A stretch of 64,000 bases of DNA, taken from contig CBFDEM010000051.1 of NCBI GenBank assembly GCA_965603825.1, forward strand, positions 682,001 through 746,000, read 5' to 3'. The notes beneath the pieces are model-generated. The model was not told where the DNA came from. It saw nothing but the letters and a program-made list of their open reading frames with translations, and ran no database searches. The DNA is from Blepharisma stoltei ATCC 30299 (taxonomy: Eukaryota; Protista; Ciliophora). How positions within the stretch are numbered: position 1 is the first letter of the stretch; each line of letters begins with the position of its first letter. Shown here piece by piece: positions 24,652-36,576 of the stretch. The position numbers were made by a program, and so were the translations under genes.

Positions 24652-26025
24652 ATGGGAGAATTTTTTCAACAGCGCCAGGAGCTCATAGCACAAGATATCA
24701 AAGATCTAGCCTTAATGAAGCCGACTGAACTAGAAATCCTAGCAAATTTAAAATTAAGCCAAATCAAAGAGCAGTTTTCCACACAATACTCTATTGATGA
24801 TATGCTTGATTTTTGGTCAATTCGTGATTCAGTCATAAACACGCGTCTTTTCCAGATTTTCAAAAAAATGCCAAAAGGGGCTGTCCTTCACATGCATTAC
24901 GGCGGCATGCTCCCTGCAGTTGATGTCTTATCAATCTTGAAAAATGACCCAGAAATTTACATTAAAACTATTGATAATTGTCCATACATTTTTTCAAGCT
25001 GTCAGACCGATTCAATTTCTCTTACACAATACTTAGAAAACCCAGAAAATGAAAAAACTCTTTTAAATGTCTTAGAAACAAATCGTGAAAAATCAGTCGG
25101 TTTGCCCTCAGAATGCTGGTCAAGTTTTATGCAAATTTTTACCTCAACCTTATCAGCATTCTCTGATAATAGAATTTTAGAAAAATACATAGAGCTCGCT
25201 TTTACTCGATTTTACGAAGACAATGTCCAAAGAGTGGAATTTAGACATATGCCTTTTTCGATCCAGGCTACAGAAACTGATGGCTTGCCAAGCGAAAATA
25301 TTGCATTTCTTAAAAACGTATGTGAAAGATTTACCTCAAATCACCCAGATTTCACATCAGGAGCTATTTTATGTACAATTAAGCTGTTTTCGAAGGAAAG
25401 AATAATTAAGGAAACTGAAGAAATTTATATGCTGCATTTATTGTTTCCTAAGTTTGTATTAGGATTTGATATCCCAGGAGAAGAAGAAAAATATAGAGAA
25501 GACGAAGATATTTTTGGGGATATTCATAGGATTAGTGAAAATGCTAAAAAAAGCGGAAATCATTGTCCGATCTTTTTGCATGCAGGAGAAGTGGTTAATA
25601 AGCCTGGCCCAACGGTTTATGATGCTTTTGCAATAGGAAGCAAAAGAATTGGGCATGGAATTTCTTTGATAAAACACCCTCAGCTATTAAGGATAGCTAA
25701 AAAAGAAAAAATTACGATAGAGTCTTGTCCGATAAGTAATATGATATTGGGTTATGTGAGAGATCCAAGAGTCCATCCAGCGCTGGCTTATTTGTTCCAA
25801 GGAATCCCAGTGACGATTAGTTCTGATGATCCAGGGTGTTTTGGATATAGTGGAGTCACACATGATTGGGTTTGGATTTATATGCTTTGGGGTATAAACT
25901 TGATGCATGTTAAAAAAATGATTGAAAATAGCATTGATGGATGTACAGAGCCGGAAGAAGTAAGAAGAGTTTGGGAAGGAAAATGACAAGAATTTATCGA
26001 ATATTTAGCTAATCTAGAAATTTAA
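24652..26025 (+). CDS. ADGF/ADA2-type adenosine deaminase-like protein, copy 3 (TGA=Trp at 25984-25986)
   Basis: Same motifs; C-terminus K-W(TGA)-QEFIEYLANLEI* matches copy 2 KWQEFIQYLANLEI*. Confidence 0.92.
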
Positions 26026-26123
26026 GCTCAAAATTGCGTCTATTTTATTATCATTATTGATTATCTGAAAAAGAAAGTGTTTCGCTGAGACCTTAATATT
26101 GTAATAAATATGATTTTTATAAT

Positions 26124-26711
26124 TTATGCTTTATTTCTATTATCTGGACAATTTTTTGCCAAATGCCAAACTGATCCACATCTATGGCAACCTCCTCCAT
26201 TTGGATAAATTCCCTGCTCTGGCTTTTGTGAGCAGTGGCTAGCAAGGTGACCAGTTCCATTACAATAGAAACAAGTCGCAAATTTGTACCCAGATTCAGT
26301 GCAGTCTTTTGATGTGTGCTTTCTTGATCCACAAGAATAGCAATAAACTTCTCGCTTGTCTAATAGTGGGCAATTTTTAATTACATGACCATGCTGTTTG
26401 CAATTGATACAGGTTAATTTTTCTTGATTTTTTGGAACGTGCTTTAATTCTTCTTGTTTTTTGTGTTTCATTTCGAGATTTTGTATTTTTTTCTGTTTTT
26501 TTGCCTGTCGTCTGGCTATTTCAGCTTTTACTACTTCAGGATCTTTTCGCTTGGTTGGGTCTTTTAGAGCTTTATTAAGCTTAGACAGCTGACGATAAAT
26601 GCGGAGTTTTTTTGATTTTTGTTCAGGATCTGATTTTATTTCTTGCAATTGGGTTGTGAGCTCTTCGATGCGGACATTGATTTGTTCTATTGATAAGTGG
26701 ACTTGACTCAT
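26124..26711 (-). CDS. CCHC zinc-knuckle protein (ZCCHC9-like)
   Basis: Four CX2CX4HX4C knuckles; GIYPNGGGCHRCGS motif. Confidence 0.85.
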   Translation of the reverse strand: MSQVHLSIEQINVRIEELTTQLQEIKSDPEQKSKKLRIYRQLSKLNKALKDPTKRKDPEVVKAEIARRQAKKQKKIQNLEMKHKKQEELKHVPKNQEKLTCINCKQHGHVIKNCPLLDKREVYCYSCGSRKHTSKDCTESGYKFATCFYCNGTGHLASHCSQKPEQGIYPNGGGCHRCGSVWHLAKNCPDNRNKA

Positions 26712-26809
26712 ATTTATTATGTGATATTTTAATCTATTAGAATGCTAATGGATTTTCTAAATCCATAAAAATTCACTAAATACCCACGAAATATTTAATC
26801 GAAGTTAAC

Positions 26810-27886
26810 TTATAGAGTAGGATAAGAAGCCACCATTTGGATGCCACAAACCCCAGTGCTGCTTGCAATTGCGATATTTAGGTATCCGCTCATACCCCAG
26901 CCACTTCCCCAGGAATTCTTGACGATATAATAGGGTACAGAGCCTGTGGTATTGTACCCAACTACTAATGCATAATGATTGATATTGGTTCCACAGTTAT
27001 TGCTAATGATTCCTGTCTTATAGTATTGCCATACATACTGATCAGCTTCGACTCCAACTGCAATAGGTTGCTGTGTTATGGCTGCCATTAAGGCTGCCGG
27101 ATCATCTACTGGTGCAACATTATTATAGCTTGCTATTTTAACTGCCACGTTGCTTGCTAAAGTTGGTATGCAGTTGCTTACAGTTGAATTTGCTGATGTC
27201 CAAGGGTAAATTTTATCGCTGGCAATTCCTTCGTTTCCTATGACATATTCATATGCAAAATCTGGGATTCCACCATTGCATCCATGATTGCCATAAGAGT
27301 AGGAGCATGATACTAATTGTTCTTCTGAGAGGGATACTATAGGATTTCCTGAAATTTTCCATAAGCCTTCAATAGCTCCTGTTGTTGCAAATGCCCAGCC
27401 TGCTGTGCAAGTTCCTTGGTTTCCAACAGGTGTGACGGCGCCTGCAGACCTCCAATCAATGCTTTGTGGAATCTTTAAAGAAGTATCAAACCATGTTGAT
27501 TTTCCAGAGAGCTTGATAGCTTTATAATTAACTAAATATATTGCCTTGAACTCTTCTGGGGATAGATCTGTGAAGTCATTGTAGCCTAAGGTCCAAGATT
27601 TATTGAGAGAGTTGTGAAGTCGAATATAAGCTGCATTTTGGGTGAAAATATAAAAGCGTTTTGCATATTCTTCATCAGAGTAAGCTTTATTGAATTTTTC
27701 GACGTAATCATTGAACTCTTGCTCTTCAAACTGAAATTGCTTCATTGCAGATGCAGACAGTGATGGCTGCTGGCAATAGGAAACTACGCCAACTACACAG
27801 AAGATTCCAAGAATTCCTAGTAATGCAAGAAGGGTTCTTGATGTTTTAGACCAAGATGGATCTGAAAAGTGAAGTCTAGGCTCCAT
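26810..27886 (-). CDS. Cathepsin L-like protein with catalytic Cys replaced by Gly (probable pseudoprotease)
   Basis: NQGTCTAGWAF versus NQGNCGSCWAF in the active paralog; His (INHY) and Asn (KNSWG) retained. Confidence 0.9.
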   Translation of the reverse strand: MEPRLHFSDPSWSKTSRTLLALLGILGIFCVVGVVSYCQQPSLSASAMKQFQFEEQEFNDYVEKFNKAYSDEEYAKRFYIFTQNAAYIRLHNSLNKSWTLGYNDFTDLSPEEFKAIYLVNYKAIKLSGKSTWFDTSLKIPQSIDWRSAGAVTPVGNQGTCTAGWAFATTGAIEGLWKISGNPIVSLSEEQLVSCSYSYGNHGCNGGIPDFAYEYVIGNEGIASDKIYPWTSANSTVSNCIPTLASNVAVKIASYNNVAPVDDPAALMAAITQQPIAVGVEADQYVWQYYKTGIISNNCGTNINHYALVVGYNTTGSVPYYIVKNSWGSGWGMSGYLNIAIASSTGVCGIQMVASYPTL

Positions 27887-28312
27887 TGCAATATTTATTC
27901 ACCAAATTTAAGAAGACTTTTGCATAAATTAACGAAAATAGTGTGATTAAAATTTGGAATAAATTATTTTGAAAATATGATAACTATAGAGTTATTTAAT
28001 TCTAGATTAATAAATTTGCTAAAGGAAATAAAAATAATTAATAAAAATTACAATATTATAATTACTTGCGTCTGTTTTATTGTTTCTGTATATAAAATTA
28101 TTTATCATCAATTTTCTTGATAATTCTTTGTTGAATCAATTGATTATTCAAATATTATTTTTGAATTTAAAGCATTATAATTTTACTTGTAAATACTGTT
28201 AACATAAAAAATCTTATAAGACATCCTGAATAGCTAGCCTAAAATTGTTTCACACATTTTTATTATTTTTTTTTTATTTTCAATGATATTTATTAAATTC
28301 TTCAATAAAGAA

Positions 28313-29068
28313 TTATGGTGTTGCATGCTTCAATTTCAGCTTTTCCCACGTGCTGATTAGACTTTCTAATCCTTCAATCATGTCTAAATATCGCTTACTG
28401 TTATCTCTTGTTCCCTCTGACGGATAAACATAAGAAAAGTCAATAAACTTCGTTTGAGCTTTGTTAAATCCATTCACATATAATACAGAGCATGTGAAAT
28501 AGGTGTTCACCGTTTGCTTCCTAAATCACGCCAGAATCTCTTGCGTTTCCATAATAAATTGATCTACAACTGCTTCTTGGAAAACTCCATCCCTTATCAC
28601 CAGCTTCGAGAAGTAATCCAAAATATTGTCTGGCGTGATATCAAAAACTTTTTTTTTCCTGATCGATTCAGTTACACGCCCTTCTCTGTCCTTAATTAAA
28701 AGCCCTGTTATTCTAAACCCTAAGCTTGAAGTCGTTGTTTTTGATGCTCTTAATTGCTGAGTTACACATCTAGGTGGTGAATGATCTCTAGTCCATGTAA
28801 CTTTGCCAATTTTGCAATCCATTATTGAAGGATTATCGTATCCTCATAACAGATTTTCCAAAACAACGTAATTATTCCCATCAATCGACTGGGATCCATA
28901 AAACTTGGGAACTAATTTTCGAAATTCATGCAAGATTGGATTTTGATTATTTGGATTAAACAATGTTCTATAGAAATTAAGCTCGCTGGAAAGAGCTCGC
29001 TTTAACAGCTTATCTCGTCTGAAGATTAAAATGCCTTCATGGCCTCCTGCTTGTGGCCTGGATTCCAT
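28313..29068 (-). CDS. Inositol polyphosphate kinase (IPK/IPMK family); TGA=Trp at 28844 and 28526
   Basis: QAGGH, VPKFYG, LENLL-W-GYDNPSIMDCKIG (PxxxDxKxG), SLGFRITG, FIDF. Confidence 0.9.
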
Positions 29069-29413
29069 TTTCTAATTATAAGAGAATCGTCAGAAATTGT
29101 CGTTAAAGCTGGTAGTTATAGATTTTTAAATGTTGATATAAAAAAGTTATTGAGATAAACAGAATTTAAATTTAGTTTTTTATTATCACGTAGAAATTTT
29201 ATATGGAGAGAATATTTCAAAGAAGGATAGAAAATTAGTTCATTTTTATTTTTGATAAAATGGGTGTAAAGGTTATAAAATCAGAATTTGAAATAAAAAG
29301 AGAAAAATATTTGGAAAAATTTTAATTTGTAAATAAATGCTAGAACTGGCTTATTTACTTATTAGGATATAAATAGTTGTAGATGGTTATTGGAGGATTT
29401 TTATATAACAAAT

Positions 29414-29968
29414 ATGAAAAGAAAAGAATCTCTTCAAATATTGAAGCCAGTTTTGCAAAGATCTCCAGAAAAAGGCTCGTATTCGATAGGAGTTCACGAT
29501 TCAACTGCTACAACACATTCATCATCTACTTATCGGAGCCAAACAAAGAATTCCTCTCTAAGAAAAAATAAATCAAGATCGATAATAGATTGTGAGAGTA
29601 TCACTACTTTTAATCATTCACAGCTCGAAGTTTCTGAGTTTAAATACGACCCAGAAATCGCACCAATTAAAGAAAAAAATCAAGAAATATCAAAAGATGA
29701 AGACTCGATTTTGCTCGAATTAGCAGACTTTTTAGGCACCAATCCAAAAAAATCTGAAGTGCCAAATGAGCCTGCCAAAATCCTAAATAATAAAAAACCA
29801 AGAAAATCGCAATCTCAGCACACTTCTATTGGTAAGCAAGAAAAATTAAACGAAATAAAGCCAGTCCAAAGAAGTAAAATATCATCTGTAAATAGGGTTA
29901 TAATTAAAACCAAAATCGAAGGAAATGCTATATTAAAGCGGAAATTTTTAAACAACATTAATAAGTAA
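29414..29968 (+). CDS. Hypothetical Lys/Ser-rich protein
   Basis: Open frame from ATG 29414 (MKRKESLQ...); no recognisable domain. Confidence 0.55.
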   Translation: MKRKESLQILKPVLQRSPEKGSYSIGVHDSTATTHSSSTYRSQTKNSSLRKNKSRSIIDCESITTFNHSQLEVSEFKYDPEIAPIKEKNQEISKDEDSILLELADFLGTNPKKSEVPNEPAKILNNKKPRKSQSQHTSIGKQEKLNEIKPVQRSKISSVNRVIIKTKIEGNAILKRKFLNNINK

Positions 29969-30390
29969 ACTAAAAGAAGATTTAATTTATTAGGCTAATT
30001 GATAATTGAGTGAAGGATTTTTAGTGATATAATAATAAATATGGAACAAATGAATCCTCTTGGCGTTCCTGGGGAGACTTTTCTTTTCAGGGTCAAAAGT
30101 AGGAAATAATAAACGTAGCATATATTGATATGAGATTATTTATAATCTCATTCCGCTACGCATATTTTGCGAACTTTTTGACTTTATTTTTTTTTGGAAT
30201 TGACTAACACATTTGATTAGTTTATTGAAATGTAAATTCTGATTGAATAATATCAATTAAAAATATCGTAAAAAATACATTTATAGCAGATACTGAAATT
30301 TTAAAAAATTATATGGTAATTTATTATAAGTACAAAAATTTTAATGCAGATTGATAAATTTATGGAATAATACACATTTTGAGTAAAAAT

Positions 30391-31377
30391 ATGTCAACAG
30401 AGAGACACGTGGTTACTGTTTTAATTTTTGAGAGATATGGAAACCAATTACTCGAAGAAATGGGCAAAATTGCATTAAAATATCCTGAGCTCCAAATTGC
30501 TTGTTTTCTGCATTTTAATGATTTCAAAGAATCAAACCATTGGGGGAATACAGATATTTTAGTCCTTCACATTAGATCACAAACCGAATTAGATGAATCC
30601 TTAGCAAATAATCCTATAAAATGGGTTCATTCTCTTAGCGCAGGGGTTGATACGATAATACATTCAGAATTGCTAAGGAGTATGAATATTCCATTAACTA
30701 ATGCTAAAGGAGCGTATGACCGTGGAATTGCTGAGTGATGTATTACATCTATGCTTTATTTTCAAAAAAATATGCAACTGCTATTTGAGCAGCAAAAAAA
30801 TCATTCTTATAAGCTATTCCAAATGCCAACTTTATATAGAACAACCTTAGTCATATTAGGATATGGATCTATAGGAAGATACGTAGCTAAATTAGCGAAA
30901 GTTTTTGGGATGAGAATTATTGGAATTAAACAAACTGCATCAGAGCCAGATGAATATGCTGAAGAAATCGTAGAAATTAGCAGACTTCATGAATTTTTGC
31001 CTCAAGCTGATTTTTTTGTTATGGCCCTGCCAAAACATTCATTGACTGTAGATATTATTGGAGCCAAAGAGCTATCGCTTCTGAAAAATAGCGCAGTTTT
31101 AATTAATGTAGGGAGAGGAATAAATTTAGATGAAGGTGCTTTAATTCAAGCTCTTTATACTAGGACTATTAGAGGTGCAGCGCTTGATGTATTTAAAAAT
31201 GAACCTTTATCTGCTGATTCTAGACTTTGGGATACCCCAAATATTTTGTTGACCCCACACAACTGCGCTGTTGTAGATAATGTGATTGAGCTTTCTGTAA
31301 ATGTATTCGAAAAACATTTAAAAGAATTTTTTGAAGGATCTATCAAATCTTCAGTCGACTTCAATAAAGGCTATTAA
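30391..31377 (+). CDS. D-isomer-specific 2-hydroxyacid dehydrogenase, copy 1 (TGA=Trp at 30736-30738)
   Basis: SAGVD, GYGSIG, INVGRG, LDVFKNEPL, LTPH; IAE-W(TGA)-C aligns with MAEWC (TGG) of copy 2. Confidence 0.92.
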
Positions 31378-31476
31378 ATCAGGTTTAAATTTAATTAAAA
31401 ATGAAAAATGACCCAAAAATTATTTTTGTGATAATTTTTCATCCTTTAATTTTCCCTAAAAATCTTGTTGATATAA

Positions 31477-32460
31477 ATGGCTGAAGAATATGTGGTTACA
31501 GTGCTGCTTTTCGAAAGATTTGCAAATGTTTTAACTGAAGAAATGAATAAACTAGCATTAAAATATCCTCAGCTTCAAATATCTTGCTTTTTGGACTTCA
31601 ATGATTTTAAGGAATCAACTCATTGGGGAAGAACAAACATTTTAGTTTTGCATTTTAGAAAGCAAAGTGATGTTGACGAGACTTTGCAAAATAACCCAAT
31701 AAAGTGGGTTCATTCTATAACTTCTGGAGTAGACAGCTATATTTCTTCTGAAATAATGAAAAGCATGAATATTCCTCTGACAAGCTCTAAAGGTGCATAT
31801 GATTGTGGGATGGCAGAGTGGTGCATGACAGTGATGCTTTATTTCCAAAAGCAAATGAAAGTGCTTTTTGAGCAGCAAAATAATCATATTTACAAGCTTT
31901 TTCATATGCCAACTTTATATGGAACAACTTTAGTCATATTAGGATATGGATCTATAGGAAAATACGTAGCTAAATTAGCTAAAGGCTTTGGGATGAGAAT
32001 TATTGGAATTAAACAGACTGCATCAGAGCCAGACGAATATGCTGATGAAATTGTCGAAACTTGCAGGCTTCACGAATTTTTGCCACAAGCAGACTTTTTA
32101 GTAATGGCTCTTCCTAATATCCCTTCTACAGAAAACATAATTGGAGCTCAACAATTATATTTAATGAAAAAATCTGCTGTCCTCATTAATGTCGGAAGAG
32201 GGGCAAATTTAGATGAAGATGCCTTAATTGACGCTCTTACAAATGGAAATTTAAAAGGGGCTGCTCTTGATGCATGCAAAATAGAGCCTATTCCACAGAA
32301 TTCAAGACTTTGGGATACCTCAAATATCATATTGTCTCCTCACAATTGTGCTGTTGTTAGTAATGTGATAGAGTTATCATCTTTATGCTTTGAAAAACAT
32401 TTATTATCATTTTTTGATGGAAATTTAAAGTCTACAGTGGATTTTAATAAAGGTTATTAA
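31477..32460 (+). CDS. D-isomer-specific 2-hydroxyacid dehydrogenase, copy 2
   Basis: TSGVD, GYGSIG, INVGRG, LDACKIEP, LSPH. Confidence 0.92.
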   Translation: MAEEYVVTVLLFERFANVLTEEMNKLALKYPQLQISCFLDFNDFKESTHWGRTNILVLHFRKQSDVDETLQNNPIKWVHSITSGVDSYISSEIMKSMNIPLTSSKGAYDCGMAEWCMTVMLYFQKQMKVLFEQQNNHIYKLFHMPTLYGTTLVILGYGSIGKYVAKLAKGFGMRIIGIKQTASEPDEYADEIVETCRLHEFLPQADFLVMALPNIPSTENIIGAQQLYLMKKSAVLINVGRGANLDEDALIDALTNGNLKGAALDACKIEPIPQNSRLWDTSNIILSPHNCAVVSNVIELSSLCFEKHLLSFFDGNLKSTVDFNKGY

Positions 32461-32470
32461 ATAAAATATT

Positions 32471-33565
32471 TTAGACAGTGGGATATAAATAATTACCAAA
32501 ATAAATTGTTTTTGGGGTATCTATGTGATCGTTTGAAATAAAGGCTTCTTCGATAGAGATAAAAGTAATTGGGGAATTTCTAGATAAATATTGATATAAA
32601 ATTTTACTTCAATGATCAGCTTTACCTTTGCGGAATGATGCTTTTTGCATGAACTCAAGCCCGATGACAGCTGGCTGCTCAATGTCAGTATTAATTGCTT
32701 CAATTTTGCATTTGACTAAATTTCCATGGTGCAATTGATATTTTTCAATATCAACACTGCCTAGTACAAAGCCATCTAAAGTTAATAGCTCTCCAGTATA
32801 TTTTACAAATAAAATAATCTCAATTTCCTCAGAAATATTATTCAATGCATATAAGCTGCAATTAGCATCCTTTCATATCATAATATCATGGTTAATTCCA
32901 AGGACATAGCTACTATTTTTATTATAAAAAATCAGTCCATCTTTTTCATAGTCAAACTTCCAAAAATAAGCATTTCTTAGTCCCTCAAGGTTTCCTTCAA
33001 AAATATTAATAGTTTTAATAGATAGCCCAGATATCTCACATTGTGATAAATAGCATTGCAAAAAATAAAACCTTGACTCTGCTGGATATTCATAAAACTC
33101 TTCCATTTTCCAGCACAATAAATCAAGCGCATAATAAGTGTCTTGATTTTCACTATATATACAGTCTAGTAATATAATGCCTCCACGAGAGTTAGAATTT
33201 GAAAACAAAATCCCAGGAGAGTATGATTTCATTAAATTCCCATTTTTATCAAATGAGGTAGTAATGCCATCATGCACTAGTATCATGCATCTTTTTCCTG
33301 AAGGTCGTGGTATTATAAGATAATCTGAATTTATATAGTGCGGAGAAGTTAAATAGCATTCAGTCATAAATTGACGAGCCAAAAAATTTTGCTTTATGTG
33401 ATTTATTTTTTTCTTTTTAAGTTTTGAAGGGAAGGATCTGAATTTGTTGTTTCTGGCTTCGATATCTCTTTTTCGAGATTTTTCGGATAACTTTTCACTT
33501 CTAATTGTGTTGTAAGACTGGAAATCGGGAGAAAAAATTTCGTTCCTGTTGGTGTGATTTTTCAT
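32471..33565 (-). CDS. SNUPN: Snurportin-1 (m3G-cap snRNP import adaptor); TGA=Trp at 32873 and 32609
   Basis: ARQFM.E, PRPSGKRC, LLDCIY, YYALDLLCW, ESRFYFL, DGLIFY, I-W-KD.NCSLY, ADH-W-SKILYQY. Confidence 0.85.
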
Positions 33566-33813
33566 ATTAATTATAATTTGATTTTAAAATATGATTTATT
33601 AATAGAAAATAGCTAAAATTTATCAGAACAATTTTAATCATAGTTATGATTCCATTATAATGGAAATTTGCTTTAATTAATTATTTCTTCAGTAAAACTC
33701 TGATTGCTTAAATGAATCGCTTTCTGAATGCTGATAAGCAAATTATAAATTTTATTGGTGTTTGTAACGAAGCCAGCAGTAACTGGTATAAAAGTTGAAT
33801 TATTAATTACATC

Positions 33814-34188
33814 ATGGAATTTAAATTCCTATCTGTAAGAGAAGCACGCAGCAAGTCTGATAAATATTATTTATTCCAATTCGAAGTTTCATATAAAGAT
33901 TGGAACAATGTAGTAGAAAAGCGTTATTCAGAATTTCTTGAGCTTCATAGGGTGATGAAGCTGATTAGGCTGTCGATAACTCAGCCACTTCCTCATTTCC
34001 CTGGCCAAATGCTGATGAAAACCTTATTCCACAAGGTAACTCCTAAGGATATCGAGGAAAGAAAAGCAGGGCTTGAAAACTACATGAATGAGCTTAGCAA
34101 AGGGATGTGTGCAAAAAATAGTAAGTACTTCCCTGACTTTATTTCACTTCCTACAAGACTCAGAGACGAGTATATGCAAGATATTTAA
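33814..34188 (+). CDS. PX domain protein
   Basis: VEKRYSEFLELH, LPHFPG, IEERKAGLENYM. Confidence 0.88.
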   Translation: MEFKFLSVREARSKSDKYYLFQFEVSYKDWNNVVEKRYSEFLELHRVMKLIRLSITQPLPHFPGQMLMKTLFHKVTPKDIEERKAGLENYMNELSKGMCAKNSKYFPDFISLPTRLRDEYMQDI

Positions 34189-34417
34189 ACTGAAAATATT
34201 GCTAGGCAATATTTTTCTTAATTAGATTATTTATTTCTCCCTTAGATTATTGAGTAAATACCTAAAAGCATCTAAATTAATTTTTCAATGAGTATTTGCT
34301 CTTCCACAAGAATTCCTGTATAATATTATAATAGATTTTCTTAGATAAAGTAAAATTAATTTAAGATAATTTGGTTAATATCCAAAATCATTCAAAATCA
34401 TAACTTGATTTTTTTAA

Positions 34418-34681
34418 TTATGGGCTTTTAAGAACTGAAGTCTCAAGCTTAAACCCGTGTATGTCTTGGCCTTCTATGCATTTATTTACCATTCTGTGCT
34501 GAACAATTGTACTTTTGCCTTCAAAAGAATCGCTTGCAACTTTTATATGCAGCATTGTACCACATCCTCCGCTTAAATCGATAACTTCTACTTGTGTGTT
34601 TGCTCCTAGGCCTTGTTTAATTTTATTAGCAACTGCTTGCTCGATAGAAAAATTCCTGAAAACCCTACTGAGCCTTATCAT
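34418..34681 (-). CDS. BolA-family protein (BolA3-like, mitochondrial presequence)
   Basis: DLSGGCG, FEGKSTIVQHRMVN, IHG. Confidence 0.9.
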   Translation of the reverse strand: MIRLSRVFRNFSIEQAVANKIKQGLGANTQVEVIDLSGGCGTMLHIKVASDSFEGKSTIVQHRMVNKCIEGQDIHGFKLETSVLKSP

Positions 34682-34795
34682 TTATTATAAAATTCCATCA
34701 TAGAAATCTATTGGCTTGATTTTTAATTAAAATATATCAATCAATATTTTCCTATAAATATCTTAAAAACTTCTATTATCACAAATGTTTTATAT

Positions 34796-35494
34796 TTAAA
34801 GTTGATAAACAACAGGATGAGGGAACAAGTCATATATAGTAGTCTTGTTTTTAGGCCTCTCAATCCCATACTGTTTTAAGTTCAGCTGTGGTGGGAACCT
34901 CTTTGTGTAGAACCATCCCAAGCTCATCATTAAATTGCTGACAAGGATGATCCCAGCTGTTTCAAAAATAAAAGCAATTGTATATTGAGCGTACATTAAG
35001 TATAAAATTGAGGTTGAAACTCCTGTATCACAAAGGTCGTTTTCTTGGCAGTAAATATCTTCAGAGAGCCAAACAGTGAAGATAACTTGCATAACTAACA
35101 TTACGGTTTGACTAATAAGACTCTATATATTTCTTACTCCCCATCGAAAAGCTTGATGTTCCCTTACAAAAAACCCAATCAAGGCTGCCACAAATTCACC
35201 CATCATTTTAGCGTAAATATACAATGCATCAGCCCAAGCAAAAATAATGAACATATTCGCGATTTGGAACGCGGAAATTATTCTTATATGGTAATCAGTG
35301 TGCTTGATCATCTTCAATTCAATACGACTAGAACGGAGATATGATATAAGAATTAGAAGTCCAGCTATAAGTCCTCCTGCTACTACGTAAGGGAAAAAAA
35401 GGTATAGGTAGATATCATAAAGCAGAACACTATTAGAAGGGTAATTGTGATCTGAAATTTGGGCTGATAGTGAATTATCGTCTGAGATTGACAT
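34796..35494 (-). CDS. Hypothetical multi-pass membrane protein; intron 35123-35137
   Basis: Two hydrophobic ORFs joined in frame by a 15-nt intron. Confidence 0.7.
35123..35137 (-). other. 15-nt intron (gtaagaaatatatag)
   Basis: Phase 0; joins 35123..35494 to 34796..35101. Confidence 0.82.
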
Positions 35495-35778
35495 TATTTA
35501 TTAGAGTTTTAGAAATTTATATGATTGATTAGAAAAAATTAAGGCTTTCTTTATTAAATAAAATGCAATTATTGAGGCTTTAGTATAAAATTTACTTATT
35601 TACATTGTTTATTTTAAAAATTTTTGGTTGAAGAAAATAGAAACAGTTATGAAATTTAAAGGAAAATAATTATAATTTAAATTTGCTAAAATTATATTTA
35701 AATTTTACTACTAAATTATCGATTCTCTTATTTAAACTCATCTTTCTTAGCTTTTCATATATATATTTTTCAAATAAA

Positions 35779-36477
35779 ATGGCAAAGCCTTTAACAGCAG
35801 ATACAATCTTACAAAAAACAAAAGCCGGGCGTCTCGACAATGTAAAAAATCTAAACTGCTGAGGAATGGATATAGAAGACGTAAGTATTCTTCGTGAAAT
35901 CCCAAATGTTGAAGTCCTTTCCTTAAGTGTTAATAAGATTAGCACTTTAAAATATTTTCAATGCTGTTCAAAACTTACAGAACTTTACCTTCGTAAAAAT
36001 TCAGTATCAGATTTGAGAGAACTCAAATACCTGAAGAATTTATCAGGGCTAAAAGTGCTATGGTTATGGGATAACCCATGTGCTGAAAACGAGCGTTATA
36101 GAGAAATCGTGCTGAGCTACCTACCAAACTTGATTAAGCTAGACAACCAAAATGTATCTCAAGAAGAAAAATCTCAAATAAATCCAGCAGAAGTCCAAAA
36201 AACAAGAGAGGAAATCGAAAATCATCCAAAGACTGCTGAGAAGTCTAAATTACAAAGGGATGAAATTATTAAAGATGAAAGAAAAGAGTCAGAAATGAGA
36301 AGGGAGCCATCACCGTTTAGAGAACCTTTGAAGCCTAAAACAAGAAATGAGGCAAAACAGATAGAGAAGCCAGGAGATAATATATTATGCGCGGTTTTAT
36401 CATTATTAAAAGAGCTTGATGAAAATAGCTTGGAGATTGTTAAGCGTGAAATTGATAAAAAAGTTGGGAATCGCTAA
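35779..36477 (+). CDS. CFAP410: Cilia-associated LRR protein CFAP410/C21orf2-like; TGA=Trp in LNCWG
   Basis: VKNLNC-W-GMDIEDVS, LSLSVNKI, ELYLRKN, LWLWDNPC, LPNLIKLDN, C-terminal NILCAVLSLLKELD. Confidence 0.9.
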
Positions 36478-36576
36478 ATAAGTGGTTTTCATTTAATCTT
36501 ATATTAGGCTAATCTGTAGATTTTATTAATATTTTTATATTATGGTAAAAATATTCCAAGTTTTGTTAATTAAAAC

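Noticed and set aside
29329-29343. Candidate 15-nt intron gtaaataaatgctag
   Set aside because: It lacks the A at -6 and does not join open frames.
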